Assembly (NCBI GenBank): GCA_041662745.1
Contig: JBAZRV010000002.1
Coordinates: 150,001 to 182,000 of the forward strand
Length of the DNA: 32,000 nucleotides
Origin: Patescibacteria group bacterium
GTDB lineage: Bacteria > Patescibacteriota > Patescibacteriia > 2-01-FULL-39-33
Direction of reading: 5' to 3'
Shown: one piece after another, positions 24,278 through 32,000 of the stretch
Layout of the letters: each line of letters begins with the position of its first letter
Position numbering within the stretch: position 1 is the first letter of the stretch
Program-made: the position numbers and the translations under genes
The notes under the pieces: generated by a model
Database searches by the model: none
The model's input: the letters and a program-made list of their open reading frames with translations, nothing else
What the model was told of the DNA's origin: nothing

Positions 24278-25606
24278 CTATTGGATGGCCAGTTTATAAA
24301 TGCCTGCCTGTTCGTCGGCCGGGCTACTGAAATAAAGATTGTTGCCGGCGCGATCAAGTTGGATAAAATTAGCGGGAGCCTCAGCTATTGTGATAATATT
24401 GCGCAATTCGCGGTTATCCAGTTCAATGACCTTTAATTGTCCTTCGGTGGCGAAAAAAATGTAACGTCCGGTCGGATGCCAAGCGGCGGCGGTAACGGGC
24501 TGGCCCAGCCGGGTAATCAGTTCGGGCTCGTCCTTGGCGCTGTTATAAATGGCTAATTCAAAATCGTTATAGATCAGGGCGGAATCATCGGCCAGGAAAT
24601 CAAAGGATTTGGCTTTCAGGCTGGCGGTTTTGGCTTTACCGGCCAAATCAATTACTCGCAACTCGCCACTGAGCCGGTTGAAAAGATATAAGCGATTGCC
24701 TTTGATCGTCTCAATTCGGCAGGCGTCGCAATTTATAGTTGTTATGACGTTGGTGTCGGCGTTAACCGGGGTGCCTCGGCTTAGAACGGAATTTCTGAAG
24801 GTATAAAGATTCTGCCCGTCAAAGTAGAAATCGGCAGTAATGTTTTTTAATATTTGTTTGGCGGTTAAATTGGAAACGTCAATTTGCCATAAACCAGCTT
24901 TGTCGTTGGCATAAAGCGTATCGGAATTTTTGTCCCATTTAACGGCCGAATAACTTTTTATCGGCAATTTATCGTATTTTTTTAAAAAAGCGTCTATAAG
25001 GAAATAGGTCTTAGCGTTGCTTTTTACGCCTTCGGCGATCAGATAACGCCCGGTCGGGGAGTAACTGGTTAATTTAACTTCATTGTAGTCGGTGATTTGG
25101 GCGATTATCTCCAGTGAGCCGCCGGACAATTCTCCGAACAATCCCGAATTGACGTCAATAATGCCGATTGATCCGTCCATTTGGCTGAAGGCGGCAATAT
25201 TTTTATCGGGTGAAATGAGCCAGGAAGAAGCGCTGGTGGTGGTGTTTAATTTTTCCGCCACGGACTTTTTCCAGAGGATTATTTTTTCGGCGAAAGTGGT
25301 ATTGTTTTCCGTAATCGGCAGTTTTTTCTGCCAATCCAAATAACCCTCTTTAGCCAGTTTTATTTCATAATCGCCGGGCATCAAATATTGGATTTTGGCC
25401 GGCGTTTGCCTGCTTTGCGCTTGGCCGTTAAGGTAGATGCCGGCGCCACGAGGGACAGAGGTGATGCGCAGGATGCCAGTTTTCTGTACTCGGCCCTTGC
25501 TGAAATTATAACGATAACCGGCCGTATAAGCGATAATCAGTGGTGTAACAACCAGGAAAATTATGATGAAGGAAATGTAGGTTAGGCGACGGTATAATAA
25601 GGTCAT
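24278..25606 (-). CDS. PEGA-domain membrane-anchored protein with beta-propeller-like repeats
   Basis: TM segment, then ILRITSVPRGAGIYLNGQAQSRQTPAKIQYLMPGDYEIKLAKEGY; start taken as ATG 25606-25604 rather than the track start. Confidence 0.7.
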   Translation of the reverse strand: MTLLYRRLTYISFIIIFLVVTPLIIAYTAGYRYNFSKGRVQKTGILRITSVPRGAGIYLNGQAQSRQTPAKIQYLMPGDYEIKLAKEGYLDWQKKLPITENNTTFAEKIILWKKSVAEKLNTTTSASSWLISPDKNIAAFSQMDGSIGIIDVNSGLFGELSGGSLEIIAQITDYNEVKLTSYSPTGRYLIAEGVKSNAKTYFLIDAFLKKYDKLPIKSYSAVKWDKNSDTLYANDKAGLWQIDVSNLTAKQILKNITADFYFDGQNLYTFRNSVLSRGTPVNADTNVITTINCDACRIETIKGNRLYLFNRLSGELRVIDLAGKAKTASLKAKSFDFLADDSALIYNDFELAIYNSAKDEPELITRLGQPVTAAAWHPTGRYIFFATEGQLKVIELDNRELRNIITIAEAPANFIQLDRAGNNLYFSSPADEQAGIYKLAIQ

Positions 25607-25607
25607 A

Positions 25608-26861
25608 CTACTCTTTAACTTTTTCAATTTTGGCTCCCAAGGCCCGCAAGCGTCCGATGGGGTTTTGATATCCTCGTTCAATTTGGTAGATGTTGTCAAT
25701 CGTAGTCTTGCCTTGGGCGGCCAAACCGGCCAACACCAAGGCCATGCCGGCGCGCAAATCCGGCGATTCCAGTTTTTTGCCATGCAAAGTCGTCGGCCCG
25801 GAAACGATCACTCGGTGCGGATCGCACATAATGATATTGGCTCCCATGGCATTAAGCTTGTCGGTATAAAACAGCCGGCCTTCATAAATAATCTCATGGA
25901 TTAAAGCCAAACCCTCGGCCTGGGTCATTAAGACGGTAAAGGGCGCTTGCAGATCAGTGGGAAAACCGGGGTATTCATGAGTGCGTAATTCTATCGCTTT
26001 TAATTTGTTGCGTTTCGTTTTGACATAGTTTTCTCCAACTTCCAATTTGGCCCCGGCTTTTTTCAGTATGGCCAAAACCACTTCCAAGTGTTTGGGTTCG
26101 CAATCGGCGACGGTAATTTCACTGCCGGTTAAAAGCCCCATAATGATGAAAGTTCCCGCTTCAATGCGATCGGGGATTAATCGGCATTTGCCGCCGCTTA
26201 ATTTTTCTACGCCTTCAATTGTAATGACGGGCGTGCCGGCGCCGGTGATTTTGGCGCCACAGGAATTAAGATAATCGGCCAAAGCCGGAATCTCCGGTTC
26301 CATGGCCGCATTGATTATTTGCGTAGCGCCTTCGGCTAAGGTCGCGGTCATCATTAGGGATTCCGTAGCGGTAACGGCCACCCAAGGCATGACGATTTTA
26401 GCGCCGATTAATTTTTTGGCGTGTAAGGTATAGTGGTTTTCATTCTCCTCAATCTTTGCTCCCAGCGCTTTGAAGCCCGCCAAAAACATATCAATCGGAC
26501 GTTTGCCGATGACACAGCCCCCGGGATGAGCCATGGTAACTTGGCCGAAACGCGCCAAAAGCGGTCCGGCCAACATCACTGAGGATCTGAGGCGTTTGAC
26601 CAGTTCGGCTGACGGTTCTGATTTATTGACGTCTGACGGATCAATCAATACGCGTCCCTCGCTTCGTTCAACCTTGGCGCCGATATCTTCAAGAAGTTCC
26701 AGCATGTGCGATACGTCTTCAATCGCCGGCACATTGCTGATCTCGCAGGGCTCGGAAGAGAGAATGCTGGCCGCCAAGATTTTACCTACTTGATTTTTGG
26801 CGCCGGTGACGCTAATTTCGCCGGACAGTTTATGCCCGCCTTCAATAATATATCTTTCCAT
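25608..26861 (-). CDS. murA: UDP-N-acetylglucosamine 1-carboxyvinyltransferase
   Basis: GGHKLSGEISVTGAKNQVGKILAASILS...GGCVIGKRPIDMFL...RAGMALVLAGLAAQG. Confidence 0.95.
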   Translation of the reverse strand: MERYIIEGGHKLSGEISVTGAKNQVGKILAASILSSEPCEISNVPAIEDVSHMLELLEDIGAKVERSEGRVLIDPSDVNKSEPSAELVKRLRSSVMLAGPLLARFGQVTMAHPGGCVIGKRPIDMFLAGFKALGAKIEENENHYTLHAKKLIGAKIVMPWVAVTATESLMMTATLAEGATQIINAAMEPEIPALADYLNSCGAKITGAGTPVITIEGVEKLSGGKCRLIPDRIEAGTFIIMGLLTGSEITVADCEPKHLEVVLAILKKAGAKLEVGENYVKTKRNKLKAIELRTHEYPGFPTDLQAPFTVLMTQAEGLALIHEIIYEGRLFYTDKLNAMGANIIMCDPHRVIVSGPTTLHGKKLESPDLRAGMALVLAGLAAQGKTTIDNIYQIERGYQNPIGRLRALGAKIEKVKE

Positions 26862-26982
26862 AAAATTAAGTGTTTATTGGTTTAAATATACCATTATTAA
26901 GCGTTTAAAGCAAATATTGCAGTTTAATCTTTTATTTTTTTTGTTTAAATTTAGATGTTATTTATTGTTCAGCTGATATTTC

Positions 26983-27025
26983 TGTGGATAAATGCATTGA
27001 CAAAATAATTAATGTATGATATAAT
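26983..27025 (+). promoter_or_regulatory. Sigma70-like promoter preceded by a DnaA-box-like 9-mer
   Basis: TGTGGATAA (26983-26991), N5, TTGACA (26997-27002), 17-nt spacer, TATAAT (27020-27025). Confidence 0.7.
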
Positions 27026-27174
27026 TATATATTGAATTTATGTTTAATTTGAACGGTTTTTGACTGTTTTTAACCGGGTTTTAAATGGTTGAATTAAGCC
27101 GGTTAAGGCCAGAGTCAACCGCTCAACTGAAAGTTAGCGGCGTACCTAAAAATTGAATATTTTCCGGAGAGGAA

Positions 27175-27225
27175 AACTTGACGACCAAACGGTCGTTCTC
27201 TCCATTGTCGGAGAGAACTCAAGTT
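27175..27225 (+). promoter_or_regulatory. Structured 5'-UTR element, predicted three-way junction
   Basis: AACTTGA/TCAAGTT closes ACGACC-AAAC-GGTCGT and GTTCTCTCC-ATTGTC-GGAGAGAAC. Confidence 0.55.
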
Positions 27226-27252
27226 CCCTCATGATTAATGGAGGATAGTATA

Positions 27253-29472
27253 TTGGTTTCTTTAGTCAATCCATCAACCCTGCCGGTGTCCGCCCATGAA
27301 GAGCGAATTATTGATTCGGTTATGGGCAATCAGGTGACTATCATCACGGCCGAGACCGGGTCGGGTAAGACCACCTTAGTGCCGCCAATGTTTTGGCGGG
27401 CCGGATTCAGGGTGGCATGCACTCAGCCAAGACGTTTAGCCGCTCGCTCTATTGCGAGCCATACAGCGCAACAGGAGGGGTGCATCTTCGGCGGACCAAT
27501 CGGTTATCGCACCGGCTTTGAACGAAATTTTTCTGCCGAAACTCGGTTGCTGTACACCACCGACGGCACTGAGCTGGTTCGGGAGATTGTCTCGGACTGG
27601 CAACCCGAAATTTTGATTATTGACGAAGTCCATGAATGGGGCGTGGAGACCGAGGCCTTGGTGGCCTGGGCCAAAAAGCGCCTGAAGGAAGGAGCGAGCT
27701 TCCGCTTGATCGTCATGTCGGCGACACTGGAAGCCGAGCGTTTGTCGCAGTATTTTGACAATGCGCCGGTGATAAGTGTTGAGGGCAGGTTGTTTTCTGT
27801 GGAAGAAAGATCCATGAGTACCGGATCAGTTGAAGATGAAGTGGCCCAGGCAGTCGCCAAGGGCCGTAATATTCTGGTGTTTCAACCCGGGAAAAAGGAG
27901 ATTGTTGATTGCATTGATCGGTTGAAGGCGATGCAAGCGGAGGCGGTGATTTTACCGCTCCACGGCGATCTCTCGCCGGAAGAACAAGATTTAGTATTTA
28001 GGGACTATGATCTGCCCAAGATTATCGTGGCGACCAACGTGGCTGAGACCTCGGTTACGGTTCCGGATATTGACTTGGTGATTGACACGCAACTGGAAAA
28101 GCGTGTTGAAACCAAGGATGGCGTAGAAGGGCTTTATGTGTGTCGGATTTCCAAGGCACAAGCCAAGCAACGCATGGGACGAGCCGGCCGTTGTAAGGAG
28201 GGAACCTACATCAATTGCTACGGCGGCTGGGAAGGTCAGGAAGATTTCCCCAAAGCGGAAATTGAGCGGGTTCGTCTGGACCAGCTCATTCTCCGATTGG
28301 CCTGCCATGGCATTAAGGTCATGGAATTGGAGTTCTTCCATCAGCCCGATAGGGCGGCCATGGCCGAATCCTATCGGACCTTGCGGATCTTGGGCGCGGT
28401 AACGCTTGAGGGCGAGGCGACGTCGCTGGGTAAATTAATATCCCGGTGGCCGGTCTCGGTGAACTACGCCAAGACCCTGGTTTTGGCCAAGGAAGTCCGC
28501 CAATTGCCGGCTATGCGTCGCATCGTTGCCTGCTTGGAGGTAGGTGGAATCCAGTCGCGGATTAAAGACGGCTGGATGAAACTGCCTCCCTACATCGGAA
28601 GTTCCGATGCGGTCGCCCAGTATTATTGTTATCAATTGGCCGCCAAATTGCCGAAGAATCCGGAGGTGTTTGAGGAAAATGGCTTATCCTTAAAGCACTA
28701 CCGGCGCGCTCAAGAGATAGAGCGCAAACTGCAATACCTGTCCGACGATAGGGGGCAGAACGAAGCCTCCGCCATTAACGATGAACTGATGGCCGAACTT
28801 GTAGTGAGCGGCATGTTGGACAGACTCCATATGATTTCCGGTTATGGCCTCGGCGGCTCCAAGGTCAGCGATGGCCGGAAAGACGCATCGCTTTCTTACG
28901 GATTTGAACAGCGACAGCTGAGCAACCGTTCGGTTGTCTCAAATTTGTTGCCCGGCCAGTTAGTGATCGGGGAACCGATTGACATTACCATCAAAGGGAG
29001 ATACGGCTTTTCCAAAGTGCTAAAACTCCTGACGATGGCGACGTCGGTTCTGGATCCCAGAATCGTTGTGCGGCACGCTCCGCACTGTGCCGTTCTCCGG
29101 CGTTACGATTGGCGGTGGTGTTCGTCCGAGGAAAGCTTGTCATGCTCGCTGTCCTTGAGCTTGGAAGGCGCTCATTTCGAGCTGCCTGACAACAAAGAGT
29201 ATATGGGTTTTGACGAGCTCAAGGCGCTGGTCGGTTCGGGCGATGTGACCGAGGCCGAATTTGAAGAGATCTGCTACTCTGTTGCTCGGAGAATTACTGA
29301 ACCAGGGGAAGCCAAAGGGCTGCCTCAGGAAATTCTGAGTAAGATTAAGTTGCGCAGCAGATCGACGGTTGAGTTAACCGCAAATCGTTCGCGGTATGGT
29401 GTGTCGGCGCAGTCGTCGGCTCCAAGCGCCTTTGGCACCGGTTTGGCCGGCTTGCTAAAGCCGCTTGAATAG
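27253..29472 (+). CDS. DExH-box ATP-dependent RNA helicase (HrpA/HrpB-like)
   Basis: TAETGSGKTTLVPP, DEVHEWG, SATLEAERL, ATNVAETSVTVPDI, QRMGRAGR. GGAGG at 27240-27244 favours TTG 27253 over the track ATG 27238. Confidence 0.88.
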   Translation: MVSLVNPSTLPVSAHEERIIDSVMGNQVTIITAETGSGKTTLVPPMFWRAGFRVACTQPRRLAARSIASHTAQQEGCIFGGPIGYRTGFERNFSAETRLLYTTDGTELVREIVSDWQPEILIIDEVHEWGVETEALVAWAKKRLKEGASFRLIVMSATLEAERLSQYFDNAPVISVEGRLFSVEERSMSTGSVEDEVAQAVAKGRNILVFQPGKKEIVDCIDRLKAMQAEAVILPLHGDLSPEEQDLVFRDYDLPKIIVATNVAETSVTVPDIDLVIDTQLEKRVETKDGVEGLYVCRISKAQAKQRMGRAGRCKEGTYINCYGGWEGQEDFPKAEIERVRLDQLILRLACHGIKVMELEFFHQPDRAAMAESYRTLRILGAVTLEGEATSLGKLISRWPVSVNYAKTLVLAKEVRQLPAMRRIVACLEVGGIQSRIKDGWMKLPPYIGSSDAVAQYYCYQLAAKLPKNPEVFEENGLSLKHYRRAQEIERKLQYLSDDRGQNEASAINDELMAELVVSGMLDRLHMISGYGLGGSKVSDGRKDASLSYGFEQRQLSNRSVVSNLLPGQLVIGEPIDITIKGRYGFSKVLKLLTMATSVLDPRIVVRHAPHCAVLRRYDWRWCSSEESLSCSLSLSLEGAHFELPDNKEYMGFDELKALVGSGDVTEAEFEEICYSVARRITEPGEAKGLPQEILSKIKLRSRSTVELTANRSRYGVSAQSSAPSAFGTGLAGLLKPLE

Positions 29473-29488
29473 CAAACAGTACTTTCGC

Positions 29489-29524
29489 GAGGCCTGGGAA
29501 CTTTCCCCGGCCTCTTTTATTTTG
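29489..29524 (+). terminator. Rho-independent terminator
   Basis: GAGGCC...GGCCTC followed by TTTTATTTT. Confidence 0.65.
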
Positions 29525-29573
29525 GTAAAATTAGATTGAATTTAATTGGGTATAGCGGTTTTTAACTACCCCC

Positions 29574-29601
29574 TTGACATTTTTCGTCTATTTGCTATAA
29601 T
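29574..29601 (+). promoter_or_regulatory. Promoter of the rplJ-rplL operon
   Basis: TTGACA (29574-29579), 16-nt spacer, TATAAT (29596-29601). Confidence 0.75.
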
Positions 29602-29607
29602 TAGAAC

Positions 29608-29711
29608 ATATTCCGCAGAAAGTGGGCGGGGGAGATACAAAACCCCACTAAGTCCTGCCGAGGAGCTTGGCCTATTTTGGCTGTTTGTTGCTGCGGAAAC
29701 GCAGTTTTTTT
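29608..29711 (+). promoter_or_regulatory. Ribosomal protein L10 leader-like RNA with attenuator hairpin
   Basis: Structured G/C-rich leader ending in CTGCG-GAAA-CGCAG-TTTTTTT, directly upstream of rplJ. Confidence 0.6.
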
Positions 29712-29761
29712 GTTGTTTTATTTGATTATTGTGTCTTGATTATTGATTATTATTTATATAT

Positions 29762-30265
29762 ATGCCAAAAACCAAATCACAAAAAGCGGTTATTTTGCAG
29801 AACTTGGAAGACAAGTTGGCCAAAATGAAAGCCGCCGTTATGTTTAACTTTTCCGGCATTGAAGTCAAGGAACTTAACAAGTTACGCGAAAAATGCCGCG
29901 AGGAAGGCATTGATTACTTGGTAGCCAAGAAAACCTTATTGAAAAAGGCTTTAAATGAACAAAAATTAAAAGAAGTGGCAGAAAAAGATTTCTCGGGCGA
30001 GATCGCTACTTTATTCTCCTACGAGGATGAGGTTGCGCCGGCTAGAATCTTGGCCGCTTTTGCCAAAGATCAGGATAAAATCCAGTTTGCCGGTGGTATT
30101 TTTGAGGGCCAGTATATTGACGCCGTTAAGGTTAGGGAGCTGTCTCTGATTCCTTCCCGTCAGGTTTTATTGGGCAAGCTTGTCGGCTGTATCGCTAATC
30201 CGCTGTCCGGCATCGCCCGCGTTTTGAACGCCATTAAGGAGAGCAAAGAAAAAGAAGCTGTTTAA
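29762..30265 (+). CDS. rplJ: 50S ribosomal protein L10
   Basis: KTKSQKAVILQNLEDKLAKMKAAVMFNFSGIEVKELNKLR...KKTLLKKAL. Confidence 0.95.
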   Translation: MPKTKSQKAVILQNLEDKLAKMKAAVMFNFSGIEVKELNKLREKCREEGIDYLVAKKTLLKKALNEQKLKEVAEKDFSGEIATLFSYEDEVAPARILAAFAKDQDKIQFAGGIFEGQYIDAVKVRELSLIPSRQVLLGKLVGCIANPLSGIARVLNAIKESKEKEAV

Positions 30266-30293
30266 TTGTCAATAATAAACTAATATAAATCAT

Positions 30294-30686
30294 ATGTCTG
30301 AAGAAAAAAACATCGTCGTTCCCGAGAAGTTCAAAACCCTCGTTGAACAGATTGAAAAGTTATCCGTTATTGACTTGGCCGAATTAGTCAAAGTTTTAGA
30401 AGAGAAGTTCGGCGTTTCCGCTGCCGCTCCGGTCATGATGGCCGCCGCCGGTGCCGCTCCCGCCGCCGAGGAGAAAGACAGCTTTGATGTTGAATTGACC
30501 GCCGCCGGCGTTCAGAAGATCAACGTTATCAAGGTTGTTCGCACTATCACCAGCTTGGGCTTGAAAGAGGCCAAGGACTTGGTTGACGGCGCTCCGAAGA
30601 TGGTTAAGGAAGGCGCAAAAAAGGAAGAAGCCGAAAAGATTAAGAAAGAATTGGAAGAAGCCGGCGCTACCGTTACTTTGAAATAA
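30294..30686 (+). CDS. rplL: 50S ribosomal protein L7/L12
   Basis: [19 protein letters not shown]...[28 protein letters not shown]. Confidence 0.97.
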   Translation: MSEEKNIVVPEKFKTLVEQIEKLSVIDLAELVKVLEEKFGVSAAAPVMMAAAGAAPAAEEKDSFDVELTAAGVQKINVIKVVRTITSLGLKEAKDLVDGAPKMVKEGAKKEEAEKIKKELEEAGATVTLK

Positions 30687-30776
30687 GAATCTCTTGTTAA
30701 AAAACACACTCAGTCAAATGAGTGTGTTTTTTGTTTGCGTATATTTTTTGTCGTTTTTGGCTCAGGAACATAGGAT

Positions 30777-32000
30777 TTAGAAGTCCCAATCAATCTGGTA
30801 AATTTTGCCGTCAAACAACACCCAGAATTTTTTGTCTTTGGCTGAACCGACAAAGGAGGCGCCGGTCGTGATGAACGGTCCGGTATACTGGCGTTTTAAA
30901 ATGTTTTTATCGTCTAAGATTACTAATCGTCCGACGGTCGCATCCAATAAATATTGCCAAGCGCCATCTTTGGCTGACTGGCTGATGGTGGAGGAGGCGA
31001 TGGGCGGCTCCAGGGTCAAGGATTTCAAATCCAGCTTAATATTAAAGTAATCTTTGCTTGGCTTGAATTTTACGGCTGACATGTTGGATAATGTCAGCTT
31101 GTAAATTGAATTATCGCCGTTAACGACAGCCAGGGTTTTATCATCAATCGCCGTCAGCTTCTTGGCGTTAGAAATAGTGGAAGTGGCCGTGGTCCATTGC
31201 CAGGTGGCGGAGTCCAAACGATAAAATTTGGCGTCGCTATTGTTGAATACCCAAAAGTATTTGCCGGTTTTGGCCAAGCCGGCAATATCAGCCGAAGAAT
31301 TGCTGAGTTTTAAATCAATTACCGGTTTTAAGTCGGTCAGATTGGTTTCTTTTCCTAAGGCGCGTCGGACGTCGTCAATTTTTTGTTTTAGGTCATTTAT
31401 CGTGGCTTGGTTTGACCGTTTGACGGGGATTGTTTTCAGCAGTTCTTCAGCTTGAGCCAGGGAGGCGTAGGCGCCTTTTTCGTCATTAAAGATATTTTGC
31501 GCCTCGGCGTTATCCACCAAGCCCTGTATTTGATTGCCGATTTTGCCGATCGGCGAAGTTTGAGGCGAGTTTAATTCCGAGGATCTGCCAATCCAGACTA
31601 CGCTTTGGCTGAAAATTAATAATAAGACCAGGGCGGCGATAAGCGATCCTTTTTGCCAGATATTCAAACTAAGGAAGTTTTTGATCAAGTCGTTGATTCG
31701 CCCGTTGATTTTTTGCGCCAACCAGCCCGAACTGAATCTTTCTTGCCAGTTAAGCAATGATTTGGGACGCGGTTGCTCTATCGCGTCTTGCGCCACTTCG
31801 CTTTGCATCGGTTCCGGCGCCGACATGAATTCGTCAGTCGTCAATTCTTCGTTCAGTATTTCTTCTTGGGTCGGCCGTTTTGATTCTATATTATTGATGA
31901 TGCGCTTGGCCTTGGCGGCGCGTCCGGCGATGATTTTATTGGCTAATAAGTTATAGCCGGCATGAAGCTTTCTTCCCAGCCAGACCAGGGTAACATTGAG
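30777..32000 (-). CDS. Large membrane-associated protein, C-terminal part; 5' end beyond the window
   Basis: The track ORF starts at 31844 (TTG), but the frame is open upstream to the edge (...LNVTLVWLGRKLHAGYNLLANKIIAGRAAKAKRIINNIESKRPTQEEILNEE-LTTDEFMSAP...). Confidence 0.65.
   Translation of the reverse strand, partial: LNVTLVWLGRKLHAGYNLLANKIIAGRAAKAKRIINNIESKRPTQEEILNEELTTDEFMSAPEPMQSEVAQDAIEQPRPKSLLNWQERFSSGWLAQKINGRINDLIKNFLSLNIWQKGSLIAALVLLLIFSQSVVWIGRSSELNSPQTSPIGKIGNQIQGLVDNAEAQNIFNDEKGAYASLAQAEELLKTIPVKRSNQATINDLKQKIDDVRRALGKETNLTDLKPVIDLKLSNSSADIAGLAKTGKYFWVFNNSDAKFYRLDSATWQWTTATSTISNAKKLTAIDDKTLAVVNGDNSIYKLTLSNMSAVKFKPSKDYFNIKLDLKSLTLEPPIASSTISQSAKDGAWQYLLDATVGRLVILDDKNILKRQYTGPFITTGASFVGSAKDKKFWVLFDGKIYQIDWDF

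Noticed and set aside
1-32000. CRISPR arrays or cas genes
   Set aside because: No regularly spaced direct repeats and no Cas-like proteins recognised in any frame supplied.

Overview
The window looks like a chromosomal segment from a Patescibacteria/CPR-like bacterium (lineage inferred from gene style only). Most of it is housekeeping: an envelope glycan cluster (about 1-4450), tRNA-Ala and tRNA-Val, an Fe-S/LUD oxidoreductase pair, rsmI-metG-cvpA-tatD, HIT, a dCMP deaminase-like gene, murA, a DExH helicase, and rplJ-rplL with a leader. The standout is a complete diversity-generating retroelement (DGR) at about 10244-13588. It has two tandem target genes (VR1 10918-11039, VR2 11590-11711), one template repeat (TR 12002-12123), an Avd-like four-helix-bundle ORF (12092-12556, minus) and a DGR-type reverse transcriptase (12530-13588, plus). 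By hand alignment, VR1 differs from TR at 26 sites, 23 of them TR adenines; the other 3 are synonymous and clustered at the 3' end. VR2 differs at 15 sites, all TR adenines. Each VR is followed 3 bp later by an identical 10-bp-stem/GGTA-loop hairpin that carries the target gene's stop codon and is absent after TR. Unusual points are the head-to-head avd, whose ORF overlaps both the RT start and the TR 3' end, a G10/C10 tract in the avd N-terminal codons, and a palindromic dispersed repeat inserted in frame in the RT. A second notable locus (about 5500-8263) is a tRNA-Val-associated large serine recombinase island with nested, nearly abutting inverted repeats (100 bp and 95 bp) that bracket first the recombinase and then a cargo gene.
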